Assembly: GCA_014804225.1 (NCBI GenBank)
Contig: JAAVAF010000052.1
Span: forward strand, 1-37,218
Origin: Lachnospiraceae bacterium
GTDB lineage: Bacteria; Bacillota; Clostridia; Lachnospirales; Lachnospiraceae
Direction: 5' to 3'
DNA length: 37,218 nt
Below, one piece after another: positions 8,201-17,660 of the stretch (the first letter of the stretch is position 1; the number at the start of each line of letters is the position of its first letter). The translations under genes and the position numbers were made by a program. The notes beneath the pieces are model-generated. The model made no database searches. It had not been told where the DNA came from and saw only the letters and a program-made list of their open reading frames with translations.

Positions 8201-10882
8201 GGGTAAGGCTTCCAAATCCTGCACGACAAGATTATGCGTCTTTCCGTTTATGCCGTCCGTATTGCTTACCGTGATCTTCCTGCAGCTTTCCGCAAAACTG
8301 TAATTCTCTTTTCCTACAAGCTTTATCGTGTAGCTATAACCTGGTACAAGAATGACTGCATAGCCTGCACTGTCAAATACTGCGTTTGTTGCTTCCTTTG
8401 TTGAGTCATTCACAAATTGGATAGAAACGCCTTCTCTGGAAATGCCTGCCCAGTCGATGGAGCCTTGCACTCCTACTGCAGGGTAGCGTACAATTCTGTT
8501 ATAAAACGGTTTTCCTGTTGTATCCGCCTCCGCCCAAATCTTATAAGTACCGGAATATTTCGCAGTAAAGGTGAGCTTCTTATTGACGCCGTTACTATCA
8601 CCTTTTTCCACTGTTCCGCTATCCTTTTGCTCGCCGTCTGTTCCAAGATATTCAAAATAAAAGTTTGTTTCGACACCGTTGCTTATTCCCACATATGCAT
8701 ATATGATATCGCCTGCTACAACGTTTTCGATTGTTATATTTCTTCTGTTGCTGCCTCCTGTACCATTACAATACCATTCACCTGCCGCTGTGTAATCACC
8801 ATACGCATGCGTTGCTTCTGCCCGCATACTTTGATTAGACTGATGGTTAAAAGCTCCTGTGTATGCAGTGCTGTATAAAATATCATTTACATGATAACAA
8901 AACGTTAAATCACCAAAACTTGCCGTTGCATCTTCTATCGGATGTTGCGGATCATCTCCGGAAGCAACCGTAAATCTGCCGCTTGCCAGATTTGAAAAAT
9001 TGGTCCAATCCGACACTTTAATATGGTTTACATAATTCGAACCTGATTGCTCCTTTGCACCGAAATCCCACACGTCAATCTTTCGCGGTGTTTCGGGAAG
9101 CACAATTTCTTCTTTTCCCGAAGATGTCACGGTAATGCATTTAATTGCCGTATCTGCTGTCGCTGTTATCACAGCTGTTTTTAAGAAAATACCGCCGCAT
9201 GTAAAAGAATCCTCTGCCTCTGTAGCTGCTTTTCCATCTACTGTATAGTTCTTATTCTCTCCAACTACGGTCAGTGTGCACTCTCCTGCAAGCGGGACCG
9301 TAATTGTTGTACCTTCGCTTATTTGCGCCAAGCCGCCTGTAGAATCAAACGTTCCGTTTGTGGCATCAATCTTAAGTCCTGCTACTTTGCCTGTCGTTTC
9401 CTCAAAGCGGGCACTGAGTGTGTTATCGTTTTCAAAATCCCATTCTGTGGGAATCTCTCTAAAAATTGCTTTGATCGAAACATTTCCATCGGGCATTGTA
9501 AACTGATTATTCTCATCAATTTCAATGTCTGTTACCAGATCGGTACCTTCTACAATCTGCCAGTCATCAAGGTAATAACCTTTACTCGGTTTCGCAGTAA
9601 GTGTTACGGTATCTCCAACAATCACAGTTGTACCGTCCACCGTTACCGTACCGTTTCCTTCCTTTGATACGGTTACATTATACCGAGGTGATACCTGGTC
9701 TAAGATTCTCTCGTCGTCTACCGTGAGATAGATATCGCTGAAGGTGATATCTGCCTTTCTTGCAACGAACATTCCAATATATTGGTATGCACTATCAATT
9801 TTATTGAGAGAAACCGTATATTCTACCGGATCATTGTCGCCCATTTGACAAATATATTTTGTGCCGTCAAATTTAATGCTTAAAGCATACTCGCCTGATG
9901 TAATTATTTTTCCAAGAGAGGCGCCTCTTTTTAATGTTCCGTCCACTCGGGAAAAACAATTAATGGATGTTTGTAATTCCGGCTCTGCCCCTAGTGCACT
10001 TCCCATTAATGTTCCGGCAGCAACATAGTTAGAAGAACAACCTGCGCCATTTGTATGCTCATCTTTATTATATTTTACATCGATGAGCATATCATCGCGT
10101 GCCATAAGACCAAAGCCTACCTGAGCGTCATTTCTTTCCTGCTCTTCACCTATATTACCTATAGAATTGATTGTTGCCTTTGCTCTTAATTCAAATGTAC
10201 TGTCTATCGGAACTTGATAGAAATACATCGCTCTGCCGTCATCGGTTAAAGCAATTTTATTACCGTTATCGAGAGCTTTTATCCGCATCTTTCCGTTATC
10301 TGTTCCCAAATTATAAGAGTTCTTATCCGTAACGGTTTTACTTGAATATCCAAACACACTGCCACGGAAAACCTCATAATTATCCCACGCACCTTTCGCA
10401 CTTGCCGAGGGAGCAGAATAGGTATACGCTTTTACATCTTCTGCCTTCTCGTCCTTTTCCTGTTCCTCATCATCCGTGTTCTTAGCTTCTTCTTTTTCCG
10501 TAGAATCCGCCTCTACAGGCTCCTCCTTGTCGGAGTTTTCTTTCGTAGCTTCTGTTTTAACAGGTTCCTCTTTATCTAACTCTGTTTTCGAAGGTTCTGC
10601 TTCTACTGTTTCTGCTTTCGTAGTTTCTTCGAAATCGTTCTCATCCTCCGCATCAACTGGATTTTCCGCATCCTTGTTACCTTCGTTCTCCTCTGCTTCT
10701 TCCATTTGAGCTGCTTCGTTATCCGTCTCGGAGATTTCCTCAGAATACCCACTATGGGTATTCTGAGCATCTTCTGCTGCATATGCTGTCAATCCTGATG
10801 TTGTCAGACTTGTAACGATCATCGCGCCCGACAACACCAGCGCCAGTATACGCTTTGTAAACTTATTTTTTATTTTAAGCAT
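5228..10882 (-). CDS. Giant secreted multidomain pectin methylesterase (CE8), 1884 aa
   Basis: Signal peptide (..LTAYA-AE) and acidic linker. CE8 motifs PGTYREQV, SSQDTLY, GNTDYIFG and LGRTW at ~6790-7920. PelX-N-like module at ~9720-10380 and C-terminal DY..Y.NN...G.A...GKGNY.G repeats. Confidence 0.88.
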   Translation of the reverse strand: MLKIKNKFTKRILALVLSGAMIVTSLTTSGLTAYAAEDAQNTHSGYSEEISETDNEAAQMEEAEENEGNKDAENPVDAEDENDFEETTKAETVEAEPSKTELDKEEPVKTEATKENSDKEEPVEADSTEKEEAKNTDDEEQEKDEKAEDVKAYTYSAPSASAKGAWDNYEVFRGSVFGYSSKTVTDKNSYNLGTDNGKMRIKALDNGNKIALTDDGRAMYFYQVPIDSTFELRAKATINSIGNIGEEQERNDAQVGFGLMARDDMLIDVKYNKDEHTNGAGCSSNYVAAGTLMGSALGAEPELQTSINCFSRVDGTLKRGASLGKIITSGEYALSIKFDGTKYICQMGDNDPVEYTVSLNKIDSAYQYIGMFVARKADITFSDIYLTVDDERILDQVSPRYNVTVSKEGNGTVTVDGTTVIVGDTVTLTAKPSKGYYLDDWQIVEGTDLVTDIEIDENNQFTMPDGNVSIKAIFREIPTEWDFENDNTLSARFEETTGKVAGLKIDATNGTFDSTGGLAQISEGTTITVPLAGECTLTVVGENKNYTVDGKAATEAEDSFTCGGIFLKTAVITATADTAIKCITVTSSGKEEIVLPETPRKIDVWDFGAKEQSGSNYVNHIKVSDWTNFSNLASGRFTVASGDDPQHPIEDATASFGDLTFCYHVNDILYSTAYTGAFNHQSNQSMRAEATHAYGDYTAAGEWYCNGTGGSNRRNITIENVVAGDIIYAYVGISNGVETNFYFEYLGTDGEQKDSGTVEKGDSNGVNKKLTFTAKYSGTYKIWAEADTTGKPFYNRIVRYPAVGVQGSIDWAGISREGVSIQFVNDSTKEATNAVFDSAGYAVILVPGYSYTIKLVGKENYSFAESCRKITVSNTDGINGKTHNLVVQDLEALPKQAVSGKFIGSGEVPLTGVEATKLVFKNIDDDYIYEAQIENDAYSINLRKGTYLAEITADGYSTRTHVIVNNASVERDLFLASTDTSPLPLVKDLYVGYPDEEENNFPTINAALRVAKRMNPQKEEDRITVHIYPGTYREQVFVNANYITLINDTPSQDVLITWYYGIGYAYYSADDSGGKGTGYYNEESAYDKFEKHNAARWGCAVRVKATDFKAKNIIFENSFNRYITEEEIADGVALSTEGAGTEISFKRTASVTPTQAASISATERAAAIALDTGSDRSEFYNCKFYSSQDTLYTGDGNSRAYYKNCFISGNTDYIFGDGNQVFENCELNWIGYTNNSKGEKGGHITAAKDTSTLGYLFYNCTITKPKESGFTAGAGTLGRTWGAKARVTYVNTVQEASNLISDSGWGNMNGDPKSANYKEYNTTLKNGTEINHNTSPRKDKYTTTNPIDTPEKLEAYFGEDWKPTFYERSTEGGDTGESGSTPETGNTNESGSTPESSNTGESESTPESSGTNESGGDDKVEDIYIRGLEPSYPYTGAKIIPDIEVLDGTTILSPDVDYKVSYKNNVKPGTDTAEVIVTGKGNYAGKAFSKKFSIVETEDVKENLADLKGAKMDKIAPVEYKGEAWYPDFTLTFKDGSKATYIQNTNPTDDSKGLYKIKDSDQPMNVNVAVSNNINKGTATILITGAKDGNKTTSIKKTFKITAVDISTAEVKAEDATYAVSGAIPKVTVEYKKVPLKLGKDYTLKYAKNKTAASKGTVTVVGKGNYAKKHAPVEYTINKLDMSTLTVNAVTASVGGKPGKIKATINDGNGTALKAAQYTLSVYQEDGQTPYSADTFGTEGETIYVVATAKEGSKDLTGSTPAAEFKVGVDISKAKIVSAVDGKAVTKSYRGRAITLEATDLKVTLKVNGKEETLEPNKDYKIATHFNNINKGNATVVIQGIGKYGGTKAVKFKITQRSIQDTDLRPWKEMSKAISNRISSLSSK
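6639..6766 (-). repeat. In-frame 36-bp (12-aa) tandem repeat forming a linker
   Basis: TGESGSTPETGN / TNESGSTPESSN / TGESESTPESSG / TNESG. Confidence 0.8.
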
Positions 10883-10908
10883 ATGCTTGTTCCTTTCTTT
10901 TGACTGCG

Positions 10909-13900
10909 TTATTTTGCTGCGTTTACTTTAAGAGCTTCTACCGGGCTACCTTTTTCTGCTAATTTCTTTGCCGTTTCCTTACTTACAATCTTAAAGGTAA
11001 CCTTCTTTGTGCCGGCATACTTTCCGGTTCCGACAATGGTGAAACTTGCCGTACCGACTCTGTCATTTTTCTTGTAGCTGTCTGTATCGATGACAAAGCC
11101 ATCCATCGCATAGTATTTCGCGGCATTGCTCTTATTTTTCTTGTAATCGCCTATTCTGTCGTTGCATACTAAAGATGCCTCACCCTCGCTAGTCTTGTAT
11201 GAGAAGTCAATATATTGCTCAATCTTTGCAACCTCTGTATCCGACCAGTCAATCGCCACAGACAGACCATTACCCTCTTTCCAGTTATTGCCATATACTC
11301 TTGGCATTAAATTTACAAACTTCGCCTTATTGATGTCATACTGAGCCGCTCTAAAGTAACCGTCTACATAACCTTCTTTGTAGTTACACTTCGGATTATT
11401 CGATGCAGAATGAACTCTTACAAGCACTGTCATATATCCTTTTGTAAAGTCACTGACAGTATCCTTTGAGGTAAGTTTCTCCGTAATTTTTTCGTCAACA
11501 CCCTCATCGATTACATAATTATTGTTTTTGTCAATATAGTATTCGATCGTATTCTTATCATAGTCGCGACCCGCTGAAAGCTTTTTCGATTTCACTTTGC
11601 CTTTTGCCGTATAAGACTGCGTTACAGTAATCTTCGATTTCTTAAGATCAGAATACTTTAACTCCTTGCCGTTTGTCGCAATATCTTTTGCAGATACGAC
11701 AATATCTGTATTATCTGTCATTTCCGCAGCTGTAATCGTAAATGTAAACTCTTTCTTACCCGTAAATCCGTTTCTTCCCTTTACGATAACGGTCGGTGCT
11801 TTTGCATCCGTTTTTGTTCCTACCGTTGCATTGTTTTTATAGCTTAACGTGTAATGTTTGGTGTCAACCGTATATCCGTTCATTTTAATGTTGAAGTTTG
11901 TGCCGGCATCATATTTCACACCACCTGCCAAATAGGGAAGGCTATCGTTGTGAGGGAAATTATCATCTGTTAATGTGCTTATATCTTTCGCTGTGATCTT
12001 AAATTTGTAGCTGATAGATCCCGTGTAGTTGTTGATACCTTTTATTGTGACTGTTGCATTACCTGCTTTGTTCGTACCTTTCTGCACGATCTTGTAGTCA
12101 ACACCATTTACAAGCTTCTCGTCCGGATTCTTCGCCAAAGTCAACTTAATTGTGTTTTCCGGTACCGCGCAGTCACTTCCGTTGAACTCCACACCATTTG
12201 CTTCATATTTCGTAAGGAAGGTACCCTTTTCTATGGCAACAAATTCTTCATCCTGAATCTTTCCGCCTTTGATATTAAAGTTTACACTCTTGCTGCCAAA
12301 ATAAGTTGTGCCGTTGCCGACTACGGTTAGTGTCGCCTTACCAATTTCAATATTATTGGCATACTTTATCGTATAGTCTTTATCCTCACCTTCTGTAAGC
12401 GTAGTTCCGTTCAGCTTTACCTCGCATTTTGGCTTAACTTCTAATCCTGTATAAGTGAGCTCCTTAGCAGCAGTCGTAATCTTTACGCTTGCCTTGCTCA
12501 TCAGCTTATCAGCAGTAACTGTATGAGCAGTTACCTTCTTTGTTCCGGTAAAGTTATCTTTACCGACAACAGAAAAACCATCTGTTGTCGCTGTTATATC
12601 ATAGTCCTTGCCTTTCTTGAGTGCTTTACCCTGCCATGTAGGCTTAATTTCTTTTGAAGCATCACCACTTACAACAGCAACACTTTCCGGAATAGATACT
12701 GTATAGTCATTTACATTGATCGGTTTAATCTCAAATGTCTTATCCACGGTAAAGCCTTTATAACTTCCGACACCTGTAACATGTGCCGTTGCTGTTCCCG
12801 CATTGATATTGTTTTCGTATTTTACGGTGTAATCCTTGCCCTTTCTAAGCAATCCGGCATCCGCGCTGAAATATACATGCAATTCCGGCATAACCTGTTT
12901 TCCTGTATACTCGATTGGTTCTCTGTCTGTATAGTCAAGATAATTTATCTCTGCAACCCAGATTTTTCCGTAGTAATCATTGATACCGCCCTCCGGATAG
13001 TCAGTACCATAGTCATCCGTAGCGTCTCCCGATTCAATAGCGCCTGTTATGTTACCATAAGTATCTTCACCGACTTCGATATCCTTTGAGGCAGTTCCTC
13101 CCATGGAAGCATCAACCTTTGACTTGTCGTTCAGTTGAAGAAAACCATGCATATTGATGGTGCCATCCTCATTTCTCCAATAATCCGGATCTATTTTGTC
13201 CCAAGGTTTATAATCGACGGAATAAAAATCAGCTTCGGTAATTGAAGCTCCACTAGAGTTCTTTGAAGCACTGCCATTCCACAAATAACTTGTAGCATTT
13301 TTTATTTTGCTTGAACTCTGTGAGCCCTTTCCAGAAATACTATCAGCTGTTGAACTGCCGTCCGTTCTAAACGAAATTACGTTTTTCACTTCGTAGTCAG
13401 TATTCGCATTTTTACTAGCTGTCGAAAAACCGATATTTGCGTCACCATTATTAAATGATACGGAATTATATGCTTTTACATTCGGACAACTGTTTGAATC
13501 AAATCCTTTTGCTTTATTGCAGAATGAGTAGGAATTATAAAGCCTGTGCCCCATATATGTCTTGTACTTGTCATAGTAATTATCGCCGTTTTCGTCTGTA
13601 TCATAGATACTTCCGCCTATAACGCCGTCGCCGCCCATCTTAAAGCCGTTGCCGTTTCCTTTTCCTTTTACAAGCGTTCCATTCTCATCAATTGTACTGC
13701 TATCATTTACATCGGAAAGAAATACATAACCGTTTCGATAGGCAATGCTGTTTTTAATTGTTACCCCACCAATACTTCCCGACTGTACCTTTGCAAACAA
13801 ATCCCATCCGTCATCTGCATTAAACGCCGCGATACATCCGTCAAAGACATTGTTGCTTCCGCTTGTAAGCTTTGCCGCAAATCCATCTGCATCCTCGTAT

Positions 13901-16900
13901 CCCGAATCTACATTGAGGTATGAATTACAGTTGAGAATCAGATTGTCATGCGGCCAGTCCTTGTATGTATCCTGACTTGCCAGACGGCTGATCTGTAAGC
14001 CCGTACTTCCGTTTTTATACGTATCTACCCTATCAAATACACAGTAACTGCTTGATACTTGAATACCTTTTTCACCGTCTTTACACCGTGTTACATCAAT
14101 GTTCTTAAAGTACCAGTAATTTCCGACTGTCACTACAGCGGGTACCAAACTCATAAAGTCAAGCACAGGTCTGTTTGTCGGATCCTCTGCCATCATCTTA
14201 ATGTAATTTTTGTATGTTTCCTTGCCATCCACAATATCAGGCTTTCCGTCAACGCCCCTCGGTGTCTGGAGTGTCTTGTTTAATCTGTATGTTCCGCCTG
14301 CGAGCAGAATTGTCTGTCCCGGCTGCGCGTATTTTACAGCCGTGTAGATATCAAGCGGACTATCCTTTGTACCGGTATTGGAAGACTTACCATACTGTGA
14401 TACATAAATTGTCTGTCCCGGCTCACCATACTTTCTATACTCTACTGTATACGTAAGCGTTACCTTATCGTAACTGTTAAGCTCTGCATATCGCTTTCCT
14501 TTTTCCTTATCTTCATCAGGACACCAACTCTTATCCGGTGTATATTCAACAGTAAAGACATTTTTACCGATGGAAAGCGCATTTTCATCCTTTAAATCGA
14601 TGTATATCTTTGTGTTCTTTGTATCAAAACCGTCTTGCAGCGCCTGTTTCGCGGGATCAAGACTTCCTGTCACATCATAGTAATCAATCTCTACGTCTTC
14701 CCCGTTATCACCTTTTACAGTGTGTTTTGACAAAACTTTTCCTGCGCTGTCCTTGAGCACAAGTTTTCCGTTCCAATTGCTGTGGAATATAAATTCATAA
14801 TCCTCTGAGTTTGAAACGGTCTGTGATAAAATACTGGTTGTAAGATTATAATATTTAACCGCTATTTCCTCTGCAGGTAAATCATCCTCAGGGTCAATTG
14901 TTTCCAATGTCATATTAGAGAATGTTACATCCGCATGTCTGGAAGTAAATACACCTACATATACGCTGCCCTTTGTAAGCTTGCTTAAAGCATCCGGATC
15001 ATAGTATTTTTTCGTCGTCGTAATTTTGTTTCCGTTGCTATCCAATATATAGTTTCCGTCATTGTCGACCTTTGTATAGCTCACAAAATAACCTGTGTTA
15101 TTTTTTTGTACCTGAAGTTCAAAATTTACGTACTCCTCATGCCTGCTCGTCAGATCGACTCTATCTCCTATATTAGTACAGTTTGCCACTATATTATACT
15201 GACCTGCACCGTATTTCGCATATGTGGAATCAATCGCCGTCTGCACTGCACTAAAGTTTCTCGGTACAGTAATGTCCCCTGCACTCATTTCACTTAAATC
15301 ATCCTGTGTAACACCAACCTTTTCCGTTGAGCCTACACCAATCTGCATCTCAATTTTTTCTCCGGTATCATCCTCTGATATTCCTACGCCGTCCCATCTA
15401 TAGCTGACTCTTGATACCACTGCCTGATAGCTGTTATTCCAGAATTCACTTCCGGTGCCATCACTGCCGACTCTGTCCGCCGCCATAACGCCGAAACCTT
15501 CCTGTCCGTTTGAGAACTCCCATGAATTCACATGAGCCAATGCCGTAAATGTAAAGTTCTTTTTGCTCGATACCGTTGTGTAATAGAACATTAATCCGTC
15601 CGTAGACGCGGGAACAATCTTACCCTTACCACCAGAAGAAACTAATCTCACCGATGTATCGGTATTATTTTTCATATCATTACCAGTCTTGCCGGCTCCG
15701 TTTCCGTATCTGCTAAGACTATATGTAACCTTTAAATCCGCTACCTTATGGTCGATCGACTCTGACGGCTCAGACTTTTGTTCGGTTTCTTCAACAACTT
15801 TTACCGAATAAACCGTAAATGTATAGGTATTTCCTTTTGTCAGACCGAAAATGACAGTACTCGTTTTTACACTCTCCACAGACGGAATGACATTACCCAG
15901 ATTCGCTTTATCCACAATCTCTACGACATATTTGTCAACCCCCGGCACGGCATCCCATTTAACTTGCACATTTCCACCACCAAGGTTTTCCGCGGAAAGA
16001 TTTGCGGGCGGTACAAACGGACACTCAAACTCAAACGGCTCGCTCAGCTCGCCTGTTTTTTCTTCTCCCGGTCGTTTTTTACGCGCGATTTCTGCCTTAA
16101 ACACATATGTTCCTGATGCTGTCGGCGCAAATGTAACCGTTGTCGAATCCTGATATTTTTCGGAAACGACGGTCGCTATCGCATTTTCCGTATCCTCCGC
16201 ATTATACATATACACAGTCATCGTGTCGGCGCCATCCAAACCGACCACACTGTCTACCGTTACCTCGATTTTTGACGGATCTGTTTCTTTGTAACCAACC
16301 TTCGAAATCTCAGGATTCGCTATATCTTCCCAAGGTTTACGGCTGTCTTCGTCAATCTCTATTTCGATTTCTTCCCATGTTATTGAATATACATATGGTT
16401 TTGAACCTGATACATAAAAATAATACGTTTCACCTGCGTCCATCTCATAAGATGCCGCTGTTGCATAAGTTTCATTGAGAGCTCCGGATTTAACCATTGC
16501 TCCCTTCTCTCCATCATCTTTTGCATAATAATACGTTTTGTTGGTTCCCTTTCCAACAACAAACGTAATTTTCGATGCTTTCGTTGCTTCTATTTTGAAT
16601 GCTGCGCCCATCGTCGGAATCCATCCATTCGTATTGTTTGGACCATTATTTACAGTTTCACCTTTGTCATTAACTGTTTGACTTATATATGGATTGGATG
16701 ACCCCGCAACATAATCGCTATACTTCGTGCCGGAACTGCTGCCAACCCTAATATCGGATGTGCCCTTATAATTCATATCCTCAAGCACAAAAAATTTTAG
16801 GATACTATCACCATACTCTGTTCCTTTTTTGAAACCGCCTTTTATGTTAGCGCTGCTAGCCTGATTATCAACAACTTCCTCCGTAACTTCGACATCAGAA

Positions 16901-17391
16901 GTTTCTTCTTCGACAATCTCTTCTACTTCTGCTTCCTGAGGATCGTCCTCCACAGTCGTTTCATCAACCGCTGCGTCATCGACAGCCGATTCCGAATCCG
17001 CCACTTTCTCGTCAGAATCATCTGTGTTATCCGCATCTTCTGTGGATTCCGCAACTGTTTCCGGCACAGCGTCGTCTGCCGCATTATTATCCGCTGCGTC
17101 ATTGTTCTTGTCGTCATCTGCCGTGCTGTCCGCTGCGTCATTGTTCTTGTCATCCTCTGCCATATCCGCTGCGTTATCCGCATCCTTCTCGTCGGAATCA
17201 CCGTCTTCTTTCACTGTGATTTCCGCTGCCTCGGATTCATCTTCTTCGGATGGCCTCTCAGAATATCCCTCCGTAGTTTCTTCTGTTGCAAACGCCGTCA
17301 TTTGATATAACGCCGCATCCGACATAATCATCGCGCCTGACAATATCAATGCCAAAGCTCGTTTCATAAGTCTGTTTTTAAATTTACTCAT
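10909..17391 (-). CDS. Giant secreted family 9 pectate lyase (PelX/exopolygalacturonate lyase-like), 2160 aa
   Basis: PL9 motifs EDADGFAAKL, NADDGWDLFAK and GNGNGFKMGG. PelX-like N module (GKIVPASTDGLMFYYT..QEGFGVMAAD), an Fn3-like domain, a signal peptide and C-terminal surface repeats. Start at ATG 17391 with RBS AAGGAGG. Confidence 0.9.
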   Translation of the reverse strand: MSKFKNRLMKRALALILSGAMIMSDAALYQMTAFATEETTEGYSERPSEEDESEAAEITVKEDGDSDEKDADNAADMAEDDKNNDAADSTADDDKNNDAADNNAADDAVPETVAESTEDADNTDDSDEKVADSESAVDDAAVDETTVEDDPQEAEVEEIVEEETSDVEVTEEVVDNQASSANIKGGFKKGTEYGDSILKFFVLEDMNYKGTSDIRVGSSSGTKYSDYVAGSSNPYISQTVNDKGETVNNGPNNTNGWIPTMGAAFKIEATKASKITFVVGKGTNKTYYYAKDDGEKGAMVKSGALNETYATAASYEMDAGETYYFYVSGSKPYVYSITWEEIEIEIDEDSRKPWEDIANPEISKVGYKETDPSKIEVTVDSVVGLDGADTMTVYMYNAEDTENAIATVVSEKYQDSTTVTFAPTASGTYVFKAEIARKKRPGEEKTGELSEPFEFECPFVPPANLSAENLGGGNVQVKWDAVPGVDKYVVEIVDKANLGNVIPSVESVKTSTVIFGLTKGNTYTFTVYSVKVVEETEQKSEPSESIDHKVADLKVTYSLSRYGNGAGKTGNDMKNNTDTSVRLVSSGGKGKIVPASTDGLMFYYTTVSSKKNFTFTALAHVNSWEFSNGQEGFGVMAADRVGSDGTGSEFWNNSYQAVVSRVSYRWDGVGISEDDTGEKIEMQIGVGSTEKVGVTQDDLSEMSAGDITVPRNFSAVQTAIDSTYAKYGAGQYNIVANCTNIGDRVDLTSRHEEYVNFELQVQKNNTGYFVSYTKVDNDGNYILDSNGNKITTTKKYYDPDALSKLTKGSVYVGVFTSRHADVTFSNMTLETIDPEDDLPAEEIAVKYYNLTTSILSQTVSNSEDYEFIFHSNWNGKLVLKDSAGKVLSKHTVKGDNGEDVEIDYYDVTGSLDPAKQALQDGFDTKNTKIYIDLKDENALSIGKNVFTVEYTPDKSWCPDEDKEKGKRYAELNSYDKVTLTYTVEYRKYGEPGQTIYVSQYGKSSNTGTKDSPLDIYTAVKYAQPGQTILLAGGTYRLNKTLQTPRGVDGKPDIVDGKETYKNYIKMMAEDPTNRPVLDFMSLVPAVVTVGNYWYFKNIDVTRCKDGEKGIQVSSSYCVFDRVDTYKNGSTGLQISRLASQDTYKDWPHDNLILNCNSYLNVDSGYEDADGFAAKLTSGSNNVFDGCIAAFNADDGWDLFAKVQSGSIGGVTIKNSIAYRNGYVFLSDVNDSSTIDENGTLVKGKGNGNGFKMGGDGVIGGSIYDTDENGDNYYDKYKTYMGHRLYNSYSFCNKAKGFDSNSCPNVKAYNSVSFNNGDANIGFSTASKNANTDYEVKNVISFRTDGSSTADSISGKGSQSSSKIKNATSYLWNGSASKNSSGASITEADFYSVDYKPWDKIDPDYWRNEDGTINMHGFLQLNDKSKVDASMGGTASKDIEVGEDTYGNITGAIESGDATDDYGTDYPEGGINDYYGKIWVAEINYLDYTDREPIEYTGKQVMPELHVYFSADAGLLRKGKDYTVKYENNINAGTATAHVTGVGSYKGFTVDKTFEIKPINVNDYTVSIPESVAVVSGDASKEIKPTWQGKALKKGKDYDITATTDGFSVVGKDNFTGTKKVTAHTVTADKLMSKASVKITTAAKELTYTGLEVKPKCEVKLNGTTLTEGEDKDYTIKYANNIEIGKATLTVVGNGTTYFGSKSVNFNIKGGKIQDEEFVAIEKGTFLTKYEANGVEFNGSDCAVPENTIKLTLAKNPDEKLVNGVDYKIVQKGTNKAGNATVTIKGINNYTGSISYKFKITAKDISTLTDDNFPHNDSLPYLAGGVKYDAGTNFNIKMNGYTVDTKHYTLSYKNNATVGTKTDAKAPTVIVKGRNGFTGKKEFTFTITAAEMTDNTDIVVSAKDIATNGKELKYSDLKKSKITVTQSYTAKGKVKSKKLSAGRDYDKNTIEYYIDKNNNYVIDEGVDEKITEKLTSKDTVSDFTKGYMTVLVRVHSASNNPKCNYKEGYVDGYFRAAQYDINKAKFVNLMPRVYGNNWKEGNGLSVAIDWSDTEVAKIEQYIDFSYKTSEGEASLVCNDRIGDYKKNKSNAAKYYAMDGFVIDTDSYKKNDRVGTASFTIVGTGKYAGTKKVTFKIVSKETAKKLAEKGSPVEALKVNAAK

Positions 17392-17490
17392 ACGCTTCCT
17401 CCTTGTCTTTTTGGTGGCATTTTGCACTGCGTGCCGTGCACGTGCAAAATCGGACTTCGTAAAATCCGCACATTTTTTAGTTTAGTTTTA

Positions 17491-17519
17491 ATTTTATCAG
17501 ATTCTTTAAAATTTTACAA
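17491..17519 (-). promoter_or_regulatory. Sigma-A promoter of the PL9-CE8 operon
   Basis: TTGTAA (17514-17519), 17 bp, TGn-TAAAAT (17491-17496). Confidence 0.6.
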
Positions 17520-17588
17520 TATTTTATGCTTTAAATTATAAATTTTGTGCAAATTTACTGATTTTTTCTTGTTTTTTTTCATACAAAG

Positions 17589-17617
17589 AAAAACAGCGTG
17601 TGCATGCGCACACGCTG
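17589..17617 (-). terminator. Intrinsic terminator downstream of Rpn-like remnant 2
   Basis: CAGCGTGTGC-4 nt-GCACACGCTG followed by TTTTT on the minus strand. Confidence 0.75.
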
Positions 17618-17660
17618 AACTCCCACTATAATTACTCTCTTTCTTTTTATATACACAGAC

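Noticed and set aside
17085-17175. 39-bp duplication encoding DDKNNDAAD in the PL9 gene
   Set aside because: Ordinary slippage within an acidic disordered linker.
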